The translations under genes were made by a program, and so were the position numbers. Shown piece by piece: positions 9,476 through 18,861 of a stretch of 38,916 bases of DNA (the first letter of the stretch is position 1; the number at the start of each line of letters is the position of its first letter). The DNA is from an uncultured Bacteroidota bacterium (GTDB lineage Bacteria; Bacteroidota; Bacteroidia; Bacteroidales; 4484-276), in assembly GCA_903944895.1 (NCBI GenBank), contig CAJATL010000394.1, positions 1 through 38,916 of the forward strand, written 5' to 3'. The notes below the pieces were generated by a model. The model was not told the DNA's origin. It was given only the letters and a program-made list of their open reading frames with translations, and did no database searches.

Positions 9476-11509
9476 ATGAAAAAATTCATTCTAATGCTTC
9501 TCTTGCTGCAATTGGCTTTCCTGGTTCAGTTGCACGCTCAAAAACCAGATGTTAAATTCGGAAAAGTAAATGAAGATGACCTAAAAATGGCGGTTTACAC
9601 TGCCGATTCATCAGCCCACGCTGTAATTCTGTATGATTATGGCGAAACTAATTTTAGGTATGATGTAACTGGTGATAAAGGCTGGCAACTGGAATTTGAA
9701 CGAACCGTCAGGATAAAGGTTTTGGATAAAGAAGGTGTTTCGGCAGGTGATTTTCATATTCAACTCTACCATGATGGCAGCGCCTCAAAAGAGAAAATTA
9801 ACGATATTGATGGAATTACTTTTAATCTCGAAAACGGGAAAATCACAAAAACCAAGTTGGAAAAAAAGAACATCATGCAGAAGGATGAAGACAAATTCCA
9901 TATTGGTTACACCTTTGCCATGCCCAATGTTCGCGAAGGCTCGGTGATTGATGTACGTTATAAAATCGAATCGGATTTTCTTTTTAATCTTCAGCCCTGG
10001 CGTTTCCAGTACGATATTCCTGTCCAATGGTCAGAATATCTGGTGAGCATTCCAGAGTATTTTATTTACAACCATACCATGTTGGGGTACAATTCTTTAT
10101 TTATTAGTGAGATAACCGATACAAGGGCCAACCTTGTTTTTACAACCAAATCCAGAAGTGATGGTTACGTTACAAAAACAAGTTATGAGCAGGAAACTGT
10201 TGAATATAAAGTGAAACGTCATAATGTTGCAATGAAGAATGTTCCTGCATTTGAGGAGGAAGATTACCTGACAACACCAAATAATTATCTGAGTACTTAT
10301 TCTTTTGAGCTGGCTTCGACCAAGAGTAGCGATAACGTTTACAAGGATTACACAAGAACCTGGGAAAAGATTAATGAATTGATGCTTGAGAGCGAGAAAT
10401 TTGGAAAAGCTATTCATCCTAAAGGGTTTATCGCTGATGAGGTTGAAATTAAAACTTCCGGGATAACCACCGAAAAAGAGAAAACCCTGGCCATTCTCGA
10501 CATGGTAAAAAAGAAAGTCCGATGGAATGGCTACAATTCAGAATCTGCCGATGATTTAAGGAAAGCCTGGAACGACGGCAGCGGATCGTCGGGTGAGATT
10601 AACCTGATATTGATTAATGCCTTGAGAAGTGCCAAAATTAACGCAACACCTGTGGCGCTGAGCACCCGTAAAAATGGATTTTTAAATCCGGTACATCCTT
10701 CAATTTCCGATTTTAACTACGTGGTAGCCTGCGTGGTTACCGACGGAGATACGATGCTTGTTGATGCCACCGAACCTCTGGCGCCAGCCGGATTGTTGCC
10801 CGAAAGATGCCTGAACGACAAAGGCCGCTTAATCTCCGAATCAAATCCGGGCTGGATAAGCCTGAAGCCAAAGGCAAGCGATAAACATTCGTGCACCTAC
10901 AACTTTACGCTGGATGCCGAAGGTACAGTTATAGGCCAGGCCAAACATATCCGGGATGGTTATAATGCATTAAGTTTCAGGAAATCCTTAGCTGCGGCAA
11001 CTTCTGTGGAGGAATTTTACAAACAAAAAGCAAAAAATATTACCAACCTCGAATTTACTTCTAAACTTATCCCGACCCTCGACAGCATTTATAAACCTGT
11101 GGAGGAAAATACCGAATTTACCATTGCCGATGCCGTTGATATGAACAGTGGTCTGATACTGATTAATCCGATGATGTTCGAAGCAACAACATCAAATCCG
11201 TTTAAACTCAAAGAGCGTGTGTACCCTGTCGAATTTTCGTACCCGACTGCGGAAACAATAATTTCGAACTGGGTTTTGCCCGAGGGTTACGTCATTGATC
11301 AAATCCCGAAACCGATTGCTCTGGCACTCCCGGGCAATAGCGGTAAGTTTACCTACAATGTTGTTCAAAACGGAAACAATGTGATGATTACCAGCATTAT
11401 TAAAATAAACCAGACCACCTTTGTACATGACGAATATGCTTATCTCAAGGAATTCTTCAACCAGATCATTGCAAAACAGGCCGAAAACATCGTCATAAAA
11501 AAGCTTTAG
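9476..11509 (+). CDS. DUF3857/DUF3858-type protein with a degenerate (catalytically inactive) transglutaminase-like core
   Basis: 677 aa with signal peptide. Collinear with the downstream paralog. At the position of the paralog's GYGDCKALSNYY it has GSGSSGEINLIL (Cys to Ser). At the paralog's NHVIVC it has NYVVAC (His to Tyr). Confidence 0.6.
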   Translation: MKKFILMLLLLQLAFLVQLHAQKPDVKFGKVNEDDLKMAVYTADSSAHAVILYDYGETNFRYDVTGDKGWQLEFERTVRIKVLDKEGVSAGDFHIQLYHDGSASKEKINDIDGITFNLENGKITKTKLEKKNIMQKDEDKFHIGYTFAMPNVREGSVIDVRYKIESDFLFNLQPWRFQYDIPVQWSEYLVSIPEYFIYNHTMLGYNSLFISEITDTRANLVFTTKSRSDGYVTKTSYEQETVEYKVKRHNVAMKNVPAFEEEDYLTTPNNYLSTYSFELASTKSSDNVYKDYTRTWEKINELMLESEKFGKAIHPKGFIADEVEIKTSGITTEKEKTLAILDMVKKKVRWNGYNSESADDLRKAWNDGSGSSGEINLILINALRSAKINATPVALSTRKNGFLNPVHPSISDFNYVVACVVTDGDTMLVDATEPLAPAGLLPERCLNDKGRLISESNPGWISLKPKASDKHSCTYNFTLDAEGTVIGQAKHIRDGYNALSFRKSLAAATSVEEFYKQKAKNITNLEFTSKLIPTLDSIYKPVEENTEFTIADAVDMNSGLILINPMMFEATTSNPFKLKERVYPVEFSYPTAETIISNWVLPEGYVIDQIPKPIALALPGNSGKFTYNVVQNGNNVMITSIIKINQTTFVHDEYAYLKEFFNQIIAKQAENIVIKKL

Positions 11510-11512
11510 CTT

Positions 11513-13420
11513 ATGAAGTTTTTGTATTGTGGCTTCGTGCTTTTGGTTCTTGCGCCATTCTTCAACCTTCAAGGCCAGGACAGCACTTTGATCCTGAAAC
11601 CGGAAATGGTGAAAAAGAAAACTGATGCAGTTATTGTACTTTCCGAAATGGAGGTCTTCGTAAAAACCGAATCATCCCTCAAAGTAAGTGTACATAAAAT
11701 TGTGAAAATCCTTAACCAGAAAGGTGAGGGAGCGGGAACTTTTGGTTTGCATTATGATAAATTTGTAATTCCTTCGGATATCCGCATCCAGATTTTTGAT
11801 GTGTCCGGTAATCTGATAAAAACAGTTAAAGAAAAGGAAATCCAGGATTATTCGCAATATGATGGTTTTTCGATGTTCACCGATAACCGGATGAAATACT
11901 ACCAGCCTGTTGTTGGAAAATATCCTTATACAGTCGAGTATTCCTACGAACTCAACTTCCGCGGCTATGTTGCACTGCCCAGGTGGTCGCCGGTACCGGA
12001 TTACAACATCGAAGTAAAACAATCTTCATTCAGTGTTGAGTTTGATACATTATTGAATATCCGCTACAAACTTGTGAATTTCGATCAGCAACCTGCCATC
12101 GGAACGAAAAACGCAACACGGCAGCTTCGCTGGGATTTGAAGGATACCGGCCCTTTTGAGGATGAACCTTTTTCGCCTGAAATATTCACACGCGTGCCAT
12201 CGGTTTTGCTGGCCTGCAATAAATTTGAATACGACGGATCAACAGGCGATTTGACGAGCTGGAACTCATTTGGTTACTGGATTTCGTCATTGTTGCGGGG
12301 CCGTCAGGAGCTTACCGAAGCAACCCGGGAAAAAGTAAATTCACTTGTTTCGGGGCTTAGCGATGACCGGGAAAAAGCAAGGGTTTTGTACGAATTCCTG
12401 CAGGAACAGATGCGTTACGTGAGCATTCAGCTTGGCATAGGTGGTTTCCGGCCTTTTGATGCTTCAGATGTTGATAAATGGGGCTACGGCGATTGCAAAG
12501 CTTTGTCGAACTATTACCTGGCCTTACTCAAGGTGGCAGGAATAACCGGAATTTACACGGTAACTGTTTCTGATGGCGGAACACCGATGTTTTATAACGA
12601 TTTTCCGGCAAATCTTTACTTTAACCATGTGATTGTTTGCCTTCCTTTCGAAAAAGATACCGCATGGGTGGAATGTACGAGCAACTATTTCCCGTTTGGT
12701 TTTATGAGCAAGAGTGTTGCGGGTAACCCGGCACTTCTGGTAACTCCGGAAGGTGGCAAACTTGTGACGGTTCCATCAATTCCTGCCATCGAAAACAACG
12801 AATTCAGACGGGTTGAGGTGAATGTCGGCAATGATGGAAGCGCAGATTTAGAACTAACCATCACCTACAAAGGCCTGCAATTGAGCCACGGAATCTCAAA
12901 TTTTGTTATGAGCCACGAAGAACAGGAAAAATCGCTGTACGAAGATTTTGAGATGAACGATTTCGTCATCAGCAAGCATGCGTACAGTTTTAATAAAACC
13001 GGAAATACATCGGTTGTTTTAACCGCCTCGGTTTTATGCAATCACCTGGCCACCATCAGTGGTAACAGGCTTTTTATTCCTTTCAGAATACTCGACAGCC
13101 CCATTAAAATTCCTGAAAAAGTCGAAAACCGGATTACACTTGTCGAACTTCAATCGTCCTATTTTGATTGCGACACCGTATTGATCAGGATTCCGGAAGG
13201 TTTTTCAATCGAATCACTTCCCAAGGAATATTCTCTTGAACCTGAATTTGGAAAATATCATTTGCAAATCGTCACTGATCAAAAGCAGGTCACCATTATC
13301 AAAAGTTTGCTGATCGAAGAAAATCAGTTTCCCTCTGAAAAATACGAAGCCTTCCGTGAATTTCTGATTGCAATAAATAAAGCCGAAAAGCAAAAGCTCA
13401 TTTTAAGAAAGCGGGAATAA
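11513..13420 (+). CDS. DUF3857 plus transglutaminase-like cysteine protease-fold protein (intact Cys/His/Asp)
   Basis: 635 aa with signal peptide. WGYGDCKALSNYYLALLKVAGI (transglutaminase-core Cys), FNHVIVCLPF (His) and WVECTS. Starts 4 bp after the previous gene stops. Confidence 0.65.
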   Translation: MKFLYCGFVLLVLAPFFNLQGQDSTLILKPEMVKKKTDAVIVLSEMEVFVKTESSLKVSVHKIVKILNQKGEGAGTFGLHYDKFVIPSDIRIQIFDVSGNLIKTVKEKEIQDYSQYDGFSMFTDNRMKYYQPVVGKYPYTVEYSYELNFRGYVALPRWSPVPDYNIEVKQSSFSVEFDTLLNIRYKLVNFDQQPAIGTKNATRQLRWDLKDTGPFEDEPFSPEIFTRVPSVLLACNKFEYDGSTGDLTSWNSFGYWISSLLRGRQELTEATREKVNSLVSGLSDDREKARVLYEFLQEQMRYVSIQLGIGGFRPFDASDVDKWGYGDCKALSNYYLALLKVAGITGIYTVTVSDGGTPMFYNDFPANLYFNHVIVCLPFEKDTAWVECTSNYFPFGFMSKSVAGNPALLVTPEGGKLVTVPSIPAIENNEFRRVEVNVGNDGSADLELTITYKGLQLSHGISNFVMSHEEQEKSLYEDFEMNDFVISKHAYSFNKTGNTSVVLTASVLCNHLATISGNRLFIPFRILDSPIKIPEKVENRITLVELQSSYFDCDTVLIRIPEGFSIESLPKEYSLEPEFGKYHLQIVTDQKQVTIIKSLLIEENQFPSEKYEAFREFLIAINKAEKQKLILRKRE

Positions 13421-13475
13421 GCCTTTCCGGGAAAGGGAGCGAATTCAATCAATCTGACACACTCCGGGGCATATT

Positions 13476-13733
13476 CTACTCCACAACAATCTCATCCACA
13501 AAAAGCCAGGCTTTGCCTCCGGCGCCATCGTGCCAGGGCGGGCAAACGCCAATATTTTTTGCTTTGAGCCTGATAAATTGTGCCTTCTGATTGTCGAAGT
13601 TTACTTTAAACGCTTCGATGATTCGCCCGTCCTGGTTGGCGGGGACAGTGTTTTTGTAAAGTTGAGGAGCAGCAAAGGTTTTTCCATCTTCCGAAAGACT
13701 CAATTCGATTTTCTCCGGTAGGAAAATCCTTTT
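13476..13733 (-). pseudogene. Detached 3' fragment (about 85 codons) of a beta-hexosaminidase-type gene: C-terminal F5/8-type C (discoidin) domain
   Basis: Translation KRIFLPEKIELSLSEDGKTFAAPQLYKNTVPANQDGRIIEAFKVNFDNQKAQFIRLKAKNIGVCPPWHDGAGGKAWLFVDEIVVE* is collinear with the C-terminus of the GH20 protein at 18862-19118. Nucleotide identity is about 85%. Homology stops abruptly at 13733, where an in-frame TAA follows. Confidence 0.7.
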
Positions 13734-13801
13734 TTAAAAACGACGAAAACCGATCAGGATAGTAGTTTTGAGGAACGCTGAAGAACAGCAACAAGTGTAT
13801 T

Positions 13802-16114
13802 TTACTCATGTTTTAATGTTTCGATCAGCTTGGTTTTGTATGTTTTTATAATGATAAATGAGATTGCAGCTAACGAAAAAACAAGTGTAAACAGCAGTGT
13901 TTTAGCGAAAACCAGGAATCCGATTTCGATCCGGTATTGAAAATTATTGAGCCAATTGTTCATCACTAACCAGGAAACCGGGATTGCAAGCAGGTTTGAA
14001 ATAATTATCATGGTGACATGCCCGCGGGCTAAAAGTACGAAGATATCGGTTAAGCTTGCTCCGTAAAGCTTGCGGAGGCTGACTTCCCTGATTTTTTTGG
14101 TGATTAAAAAATATGTAAGTCCAAAAAGCCCAAGTAAGGTAATGATGAATGTTATCACTGAATACACCCCAACATTGCGTCGGAGGTCGAATTCGGATTT
14201 GTACAATTGCTTGATCCGATGTTCTAAAAATGTAAAATTCTCTTCAAATTCCGGGGATAAATCCTTGCAGGCTTTGCTGAGCTGACTGAGTGTTTCGGCC
14301 TGATTTTGGCCAAATATTTTTACTTGTGCCACATGTCCGGAATCGGTGCAAAAAATTACCAAAGGCTCTATCTGGTTATGAAGGGAAGTAAAGTTGAAAT
14401 CGGCTACAACACCTATTATTGTTCGGTTTGAGGTTGTTTTATTAATCGGGCTTTCGTTACCAAATAATTTTGCAGCGGCTTCATTGATAATACAACTTTT
14501 ACTAAAATCGGTGACCATATCCGAAGAGAAATTTCTACCGTACTTCATCTTCATTTCATAAAAACCGAGATAATCAGGGTTGATGGAATAAACATAACAG
14601 AGTTGTTGTTTATCGGCGAGGTCAAACGAAGCCTTTGCAAACCCATCGCCAATCATCGCATCAGAAAAAGCAACATTTTCGACTTTCGGATTCTTTATAA
14701 GATTTGCTTTCAACAGATCCCTTTTCCCGATCAATGTTGGGTTTAAAGTGAAACTGACGACATTTTTATCGTTAAAACCCAATTCTTTACCAAGTACATA
14801 ATTAATCTGATTTTTTAAAATGAAACTGCAATTTAGAAGCAGAGCCACCACAATCAATTGAACCACAAGCAGGGTTTTTCTCTGAAATCCGCGTGAACGC
14901 GAAACTGTTTGGTTCTTCAGGGCTTTTATCACATTGATTTTTGACAGGAAAATGCCGGGAATTAATCCTGAAATGATTCCAACAAGAACTACTCCGACGA
15001 AATAGTAAACGTACAAAACTGATCTGTTTAATGAAACGGAAACCGGTAAATTTAACAGGCTGGATAATTGCGGCAAGGTGACTTCAATAATCAAAACGGC
15101 AAGGATAAACGAAATAAGCGCTGTTATAAGCGCTTCGGACATTATTTGCAGGATGATTTGAGACTGATTTGCCCCATTGACTTTCCGGATTGCAATTTCC
15201 CTGAGCCTGTTACCTGCAATTGCTGTGGTGAGATTGATGTAGTTAATAATGATGATGAGCAGTATTAAAATTGAAATTCCGAGGTATAAAGTTACCGTTT
15301 GCAGGTTTCCATGGCGGCAGCCATCATACTTGTTGTTTTGAAAGTCGAAATATACTTTCCGGAGTGGTTCTAATTTTAAGGCTATTTTGCCTTCATGAGT
15401 TCCCATCCTCGAATCGTAAAGAACTGCATTTATTTTTATTTCGGTTTCCTTAAAGTTTGAATTTTTACGGAGGTTAACATAGCTTAGCATTGACCATTCA
15501 CCACAGCCGAAGGCCGTGTTATTACCAGTATGCCTGAGTGTTTCGAGCGAAAGAAATGCATTCGACTGGATGTGTGAGTTGTATGGAATGTCCTCCATTA
15601 CGCCGGTTACCGTAAAAATCGTTCCATTTTTATCTCGGATGGTTTCACCGATCGCACTGCGATTTTCGAACAGTTTAAAAGCAGTCGTCTGGCTGATGAC
15701 CATCGAAAATGGGTTTTTCAAAGCATTTTCGGCATCACCTAACAGGAGTTTAAACGAAAAGACGTGGAACATTTCGGGGTCGGTATAATAGATTTTACCA
15801 ATATTAACTTTTTTGTTTTGGAAAACGAAATCCAGATCAGCGATAGAAAACCGGATGATACCGGAAATTTCAGGAACCTGATTTATGAGCTTTTCGGCGA
15901 AGCACAAAGGTGTAACGCCATAACCACCCGAGTTTATCCTGTAAATATCTGGTGCATTTTTATGAAAGTTATCAAAAGATAATTCCTGGAAAACATAAGT
16001 GAGAATGATGGTGAGCAGCAAAAAGCCTGTAAGAAATCCAATCAGTGTTATTGAATAGAAAAAGCGGTTCTTTTTAGCGCTTACTAGAAATGATTTTATG
16101 TAATGAATAATCAT
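13802..16114 (-). CDS. FtsX-family ABC transporter permease (MacB-like, duplicated FtsX/4-TM modules); no ATPase partner in the window
   Basis: 770 aa. N-terminal TM, then a large extracytoplasmic MacB_PCD-like region, two FtsX-type TM clusters, and a C-terminal …KLYGASLTDIF… block. Confidence 0.75.
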   Translation of the reverse strand: MIIHYIKSFLVSAKKNRFFYSITLIGFLTGFLLLTIILTYVFQELSFDNFHKNAPDIYRINSGGYGVTPLCFAEKLINQVPEISGIIRFSIADLDFVFQNKKVNIGKIYYTDPEMFHVFSFKLLLGDAENALKNPFSMVISQTTAFKLFENRSAIGETIRDKNGTIFTVTGVMEDIPYNSHIQSNAFLSLETLRHTGNNTAFGCGEWSMLSYVNLRKNSNFKETEIKINAVLYDSRMGTHEGKIALKLEPLRKVYFDFQNNKYDGCRHGNLQTVTLYLGISILILLIIIINYINLTTAIAGNRLREIAIRKVNGANQSQIILQIMSEALITALISFILAVLIIEVTLPQLSSLLNLPVSVSLNRSVLYVYYFVGVVLVGIISGLIPGIFLSKINVIKALKNQTVSRSRGFQRKTLLVVQLIVVALLLNCSFILKNQINYVLGKELGFNDKNVVSFTLNPTLIGKRDLLKANLIKNPKVENVAFSDAMIGDGFAKASFDLADKQQLCYVYSINPDYLGFYEMKMKYGRNFSSDMVTDFSKSCIINEAAAKLFGNESPINKTTSNRTIIGVVADFNFTSLHNQIEPLVIFCTDSGHVAQVKIFGQNQAETLSQLSKACKDLSPEFEENFTFLEHRIKQLYKSEFDLRRNVGVYSVITFIITLLGLFGLTYFLITKKIREVSLRKLYGASLTDIFVLLARGHVTMIIISNLLAIPVSWLVMNNWLNNFQYRIEIGFLVFAKTLLFTLVFSLAAISFIIIKTYKTKLIETLKHE

Positions 16115-16186
16115 GACCTCTGTTTTTGATGAATAAATAAATTAAAGAAAAGGCGCACAAGTGGCTTGCACGCTTGCGTTTATTTA

Positions 16187-16558
16187 TTAAAACAGGTGTT
16201 GATGATCATCTTTTTCGGTGGCAAAGTACAATTCGGCATGGAACTGTGTTTGCCGGACAGGCTTAAACCGGACAACTTTTTCGTTAAAGTATTTTAACCA
16301 GGTTGTATTTAATTTTGGGCTGGTATTATTATAATTGCCGGTTGGTTTTTCGCTTACAGGTCTGTAAAAAATTGCAGCCGTAAAATGCTTTTTAAGCGAA
16401 GGGTTAGCAGCGGGAACAAGGCAATCGGCAATTTTATCTGAGATGGTTGGTTGGCAGGTGGAGGAATCATTACTAACTTGAATCTTCCCGGTTTGAACGG
16501 AAGAAGCAACCCATAAAGTAATTACTACAAAGATAAAATATAACACTCCGGCTCTCAT
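16187..16558 (-). CDS. Hypothetical small secreted protein
   Basis: 123 aa. N-terminal signal-like segment (LYFIFVVITLWVASSVQ). No recognisable domain. Co-directional with the FtsX gene. Confidence 0.35.
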   Translation of the reverse strand: MRAGVLYFIFVVITLWVASSVQTGKIQVSNDSSTCQPTISDKIADCLVPAANPSLKKHFTAAIFYRPVSEKPTGNYNNTSPKLNTTWLKYFNEKVVRFKPVRQTQFHAELYFATEKDDHQHLF

Positions 16559-16669
16559 ACCGGCAAAAGTATCAAATAATCAGGAACAACAATTTATTGC
16601 TCAGAATAAAATGCGGTAACCACAACAATGGCTCTTTCGCGACGATGGTAATAATTCCTGAATGCGTTA

Positions 16670-16725
16670 TTTATTCCACCACCACCTCATCCACAAAAAG
16701 CCAGGCTTTGTCACCCTCAAATATC
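16670..16725 (-). pseudogene. Second, very short remnant of the same hexosaminidase 3' end (last about 15 codons plus stop)
   Basis: TTATTCCACCACCACCTCATCCACAAAAAGCCAGGCTTTGTCACC nearly matches 18862-18906. It translates to …EGDKAWLFVDEVVVE*. Confidence 0.5.
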
Positions 16726-16947
16726 TGAATGTAAATTTCGTGAAACAATCAGTCCCTTAAAACTGTTGTTTATTGATACGACATCATGTGGGATCAAAGC
16801 ATATTTCTATGGTTTTCCTCCGTATTCAGCAGTAAACCCTGAAGCAAAATTGCAATAATTGATTGCCGACTTCGCTTTCTCCTGAAACTTTGAAGTCATC
16901 ATCTCGTTAGTTACTTAAAAAACTTTTTGGAGTTTAGATTTAGCGGA

Positions 16948-18057
16948 TTATTCTTCTCCCAGATTGATGGATTGGAAAAAATTGTATGTCCAGCCCAGGG
17001 CGTAAAGTTCATTATTGCTCCTTGCAAATCTTCCAACGATCAGAGCGGGATGGGTATTAAATTTTGCTGCAAAACCCAAGATTGAGTTTTGGGTTAGTGG
17101 TAAAGTTGCCGCTATTTCGGCTTCCTGTTCTTTCGAAAGTGTGAATTTGATGGCAAAATCATCGGCTTCATTTTCTTTTATTAATGCTTCGGGCGAATAT
17201 TCAAAACCTTCGACAAAAACCTCCTTTTTGCCATGCTTAATAATGTGGCCGGCTTCATGAAAGAAGGTAAACCAAAAAATATCGTTCCGGTTGTAAAGGT
17301 TCGAGAGTTGAATCAGTGGCTTGTCGTTTATCCAGCGTGTCGAACCATGAAGGTTTGTTTTTGGAAGGCAGGGCGTATGAACGACTTTTACACCGCAGGA
17401 AGAACAAATGGATTGAAGCAAAGTAAAAAAGTCGGCTGGTTGCTGTGCCATGATACTTTTAATTTCATGCAGTGCTGACTTAAATTTTTGCACCTCGTAA
17501 TTTCCTGTACTTATTTTTTCGGCCTGATGTTCGCCCTGTTTGAGCCAGGCAGACACAGCATAAGGATCTTTCCCGCTGGATTTGCTCATCCGGTAAGCGG
17601 TTTCGTAAACATTATTATGATAATAGTTATAATAAGGATCTTGCCCTGAAACGCCAAAAAACGAGTACAAGGCTGCTGCTTTGCTCAAAATATCATCTTC
17701 ATAATTTATCCAGTTCAAATTTTTCATGGCCGAAAGCGGAAAATTATCAACCCAATCTTTTGTGTTCAGTAACAATTCGGCTTCATCTAACTGGGCTAAT
17801 TCCAGCCGGTAATTTTTTTCCCTTTCCAACCAAAAGGCGGCTTCAATTCCTAACACCCTTTCGAGTTGAATGGCGGTTTCGGGCATAATGGCAGCTTTAC
17901 CTTTAATGATTTCGTTAATGGTTTTAACGGGCCGTCCCATCCGCAAAGCGAGCGAAGGCTGATTTATGCCTTTCGCCGAAAGGGTTTCGGCTAAAGTATC
18001 GCCGGGTGGTGAAATGATTTGCCTGGCAATCCTAATATCTTCGAGTGTTTTGTACAT
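16948..18057 (-). CDS. XRE/HigA-type HTH protein fused to an ImmA/IrrE (M78, COG2856) Zn-metallopeptidase domain; putative antitoxin
   Basis: 369 aa. N-terminus GINQPSLALRMGRPVKTINEIIKGKAAIMPETAIQLERVLGIEAAFW is an HTH of the HigA/VapI type. C-terminal region carries FFHEAGHIIKHG (HExxH of the ImmA/IrrE family). Lies directly downstream of the HigB-like gene with a 14-bp gap. Confidence 0.7.
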   Translation of the reverse strand: MYKTLEDIRIARQIISPPGDTLAETLSAKGINQPSLALRMGRPVKTINEIIKGKAAIMPETAIQLERVLGIEAAFWLEREKNYRLELAQLDEAELLLNTKDWVDNFPLSAMKNLNWINYEDDILSKAAALYSFFGVSGQDPYYNYYHNNVYETAYRMSKSSGKDPYAVSAWLKQGEHQAEKISTGNYEVQKFKSALHEIKSIMAQQPADFFTLLQSICSSCGVKVVHTPCLPKTNLHGSTRWINDKPLIQLSNLYNRNDIFWFTFFHEAGHIIKHGKKEVFVEGFEYSPEALIKENEADDFAIKFTLSKEQEAEIAATLPLTQNSILGFAAKFNTHPALIVGRFARSNNELYALGWTYNFFQSINLGEE

Positions 18058-18071
18058 TGTAGAAATTTCTT

Positions 18072-18407
18072 TTAGTGATAGTCTTCGCCAATTTCGATAA
18101 TTGTGATTTCGGTAACCTGCGCCCAGTCTAACCCTCCGTCCTCTTTAGCCGGAGCAGGTTTTTGCGTAGGTTCAAAAACAATCCTGTGGTTTCCTGAAAT
18201 ACTGATTGATAATTTTCCTTTGAGGTCACCGGTTAATTCGTGGCAGTGTGCGGCCGGAATACTGCGCATGGTTTCTAAAGTTGGGGCAGCCAATAATTCA
18301 TTCTTACGCTGGTTTACAAGTTTAGCGCGGGTTCCATAGTTTTTCGCAATAGCAGTTAACGAAGCCACTGATTTTTCCAGTTTCTTGGTTTTGTAATTTA
18401 ATTTCAT
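18072..18407 (-). CDS. higB: HigB-like type II toxin (RelE/ParE superfamily, COG3549 'killer protein')
   Basis: 111 aa. LTGDLKGKLSISISGNHRIVFEP and C-terminal …IGEDYH mirror the HigB signature (…LKGDREGYWSITVRANWRITF…YEDYH). Toxin-first gene order matches higBA. Confidence 0.65.
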   Translation of the reverse strand: MKLNYKTKKLEKSVASLTAIAKNYGTRAKLVNQRKNELLAAPTLETMRSIPAAHCHELTGDLKGKLSISISGNHRIVFEPTQKPAPAKEDGGLDWAQVTEITIIEIGEDYH

Positions 18408-18806
18408 GCAAAATTAATTATTAAAATTATAATTCATTAACCTAAAAGGTTAATGTTTATTAATTTCAATTTCCATCGAATTGTAAAAAGTTCATGAAAT
18501 GAGCTTTTCGACCAAATCAATTTTCTTGCAGGGATAGCATGTGCTTTAACTGTTATTTAAAAACAGAAATTTATTCAAACATCTGATTATGAACTTTTTT
18601 CTTTTTTTTGATGCGCTTTTATCCAATCCATCGAAAAGTAAAGAAATAAGGATATGATTAATCCCATTCCTCGTCGGCAACGAAACAATGTAAAACGGGC
18701 ATCATTAAAGCATCAAATGGATGTTTCTCAACCATTATCCTTTAAGTTGGTGCTTTATTAAATTATCGAATGTGTATTTTTATAAATCTCTGTGTTTCTC
18801 CGCGTC

Positions 18807-18850
18807 CTCCGTGCCTCCGTGTTAAAATTCTTCTAACCGGAGGTACGGAG
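18807..18850 (-). terminator. 13-bp-stem hairpin (CTCCGTGCCTCCG / CGGAGGTACGGAG, 1 mismatch, 18-nt loop) just 3' of the hexosaminidase stop; terminator-like but with no U-tract
   Basis: Inverted repeat seen directly. Sits 12-55 nt downstream of the 18862 stop codon. Confidence 0.3.
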
Positions 18851-18861
18851 AATTTCATTTC

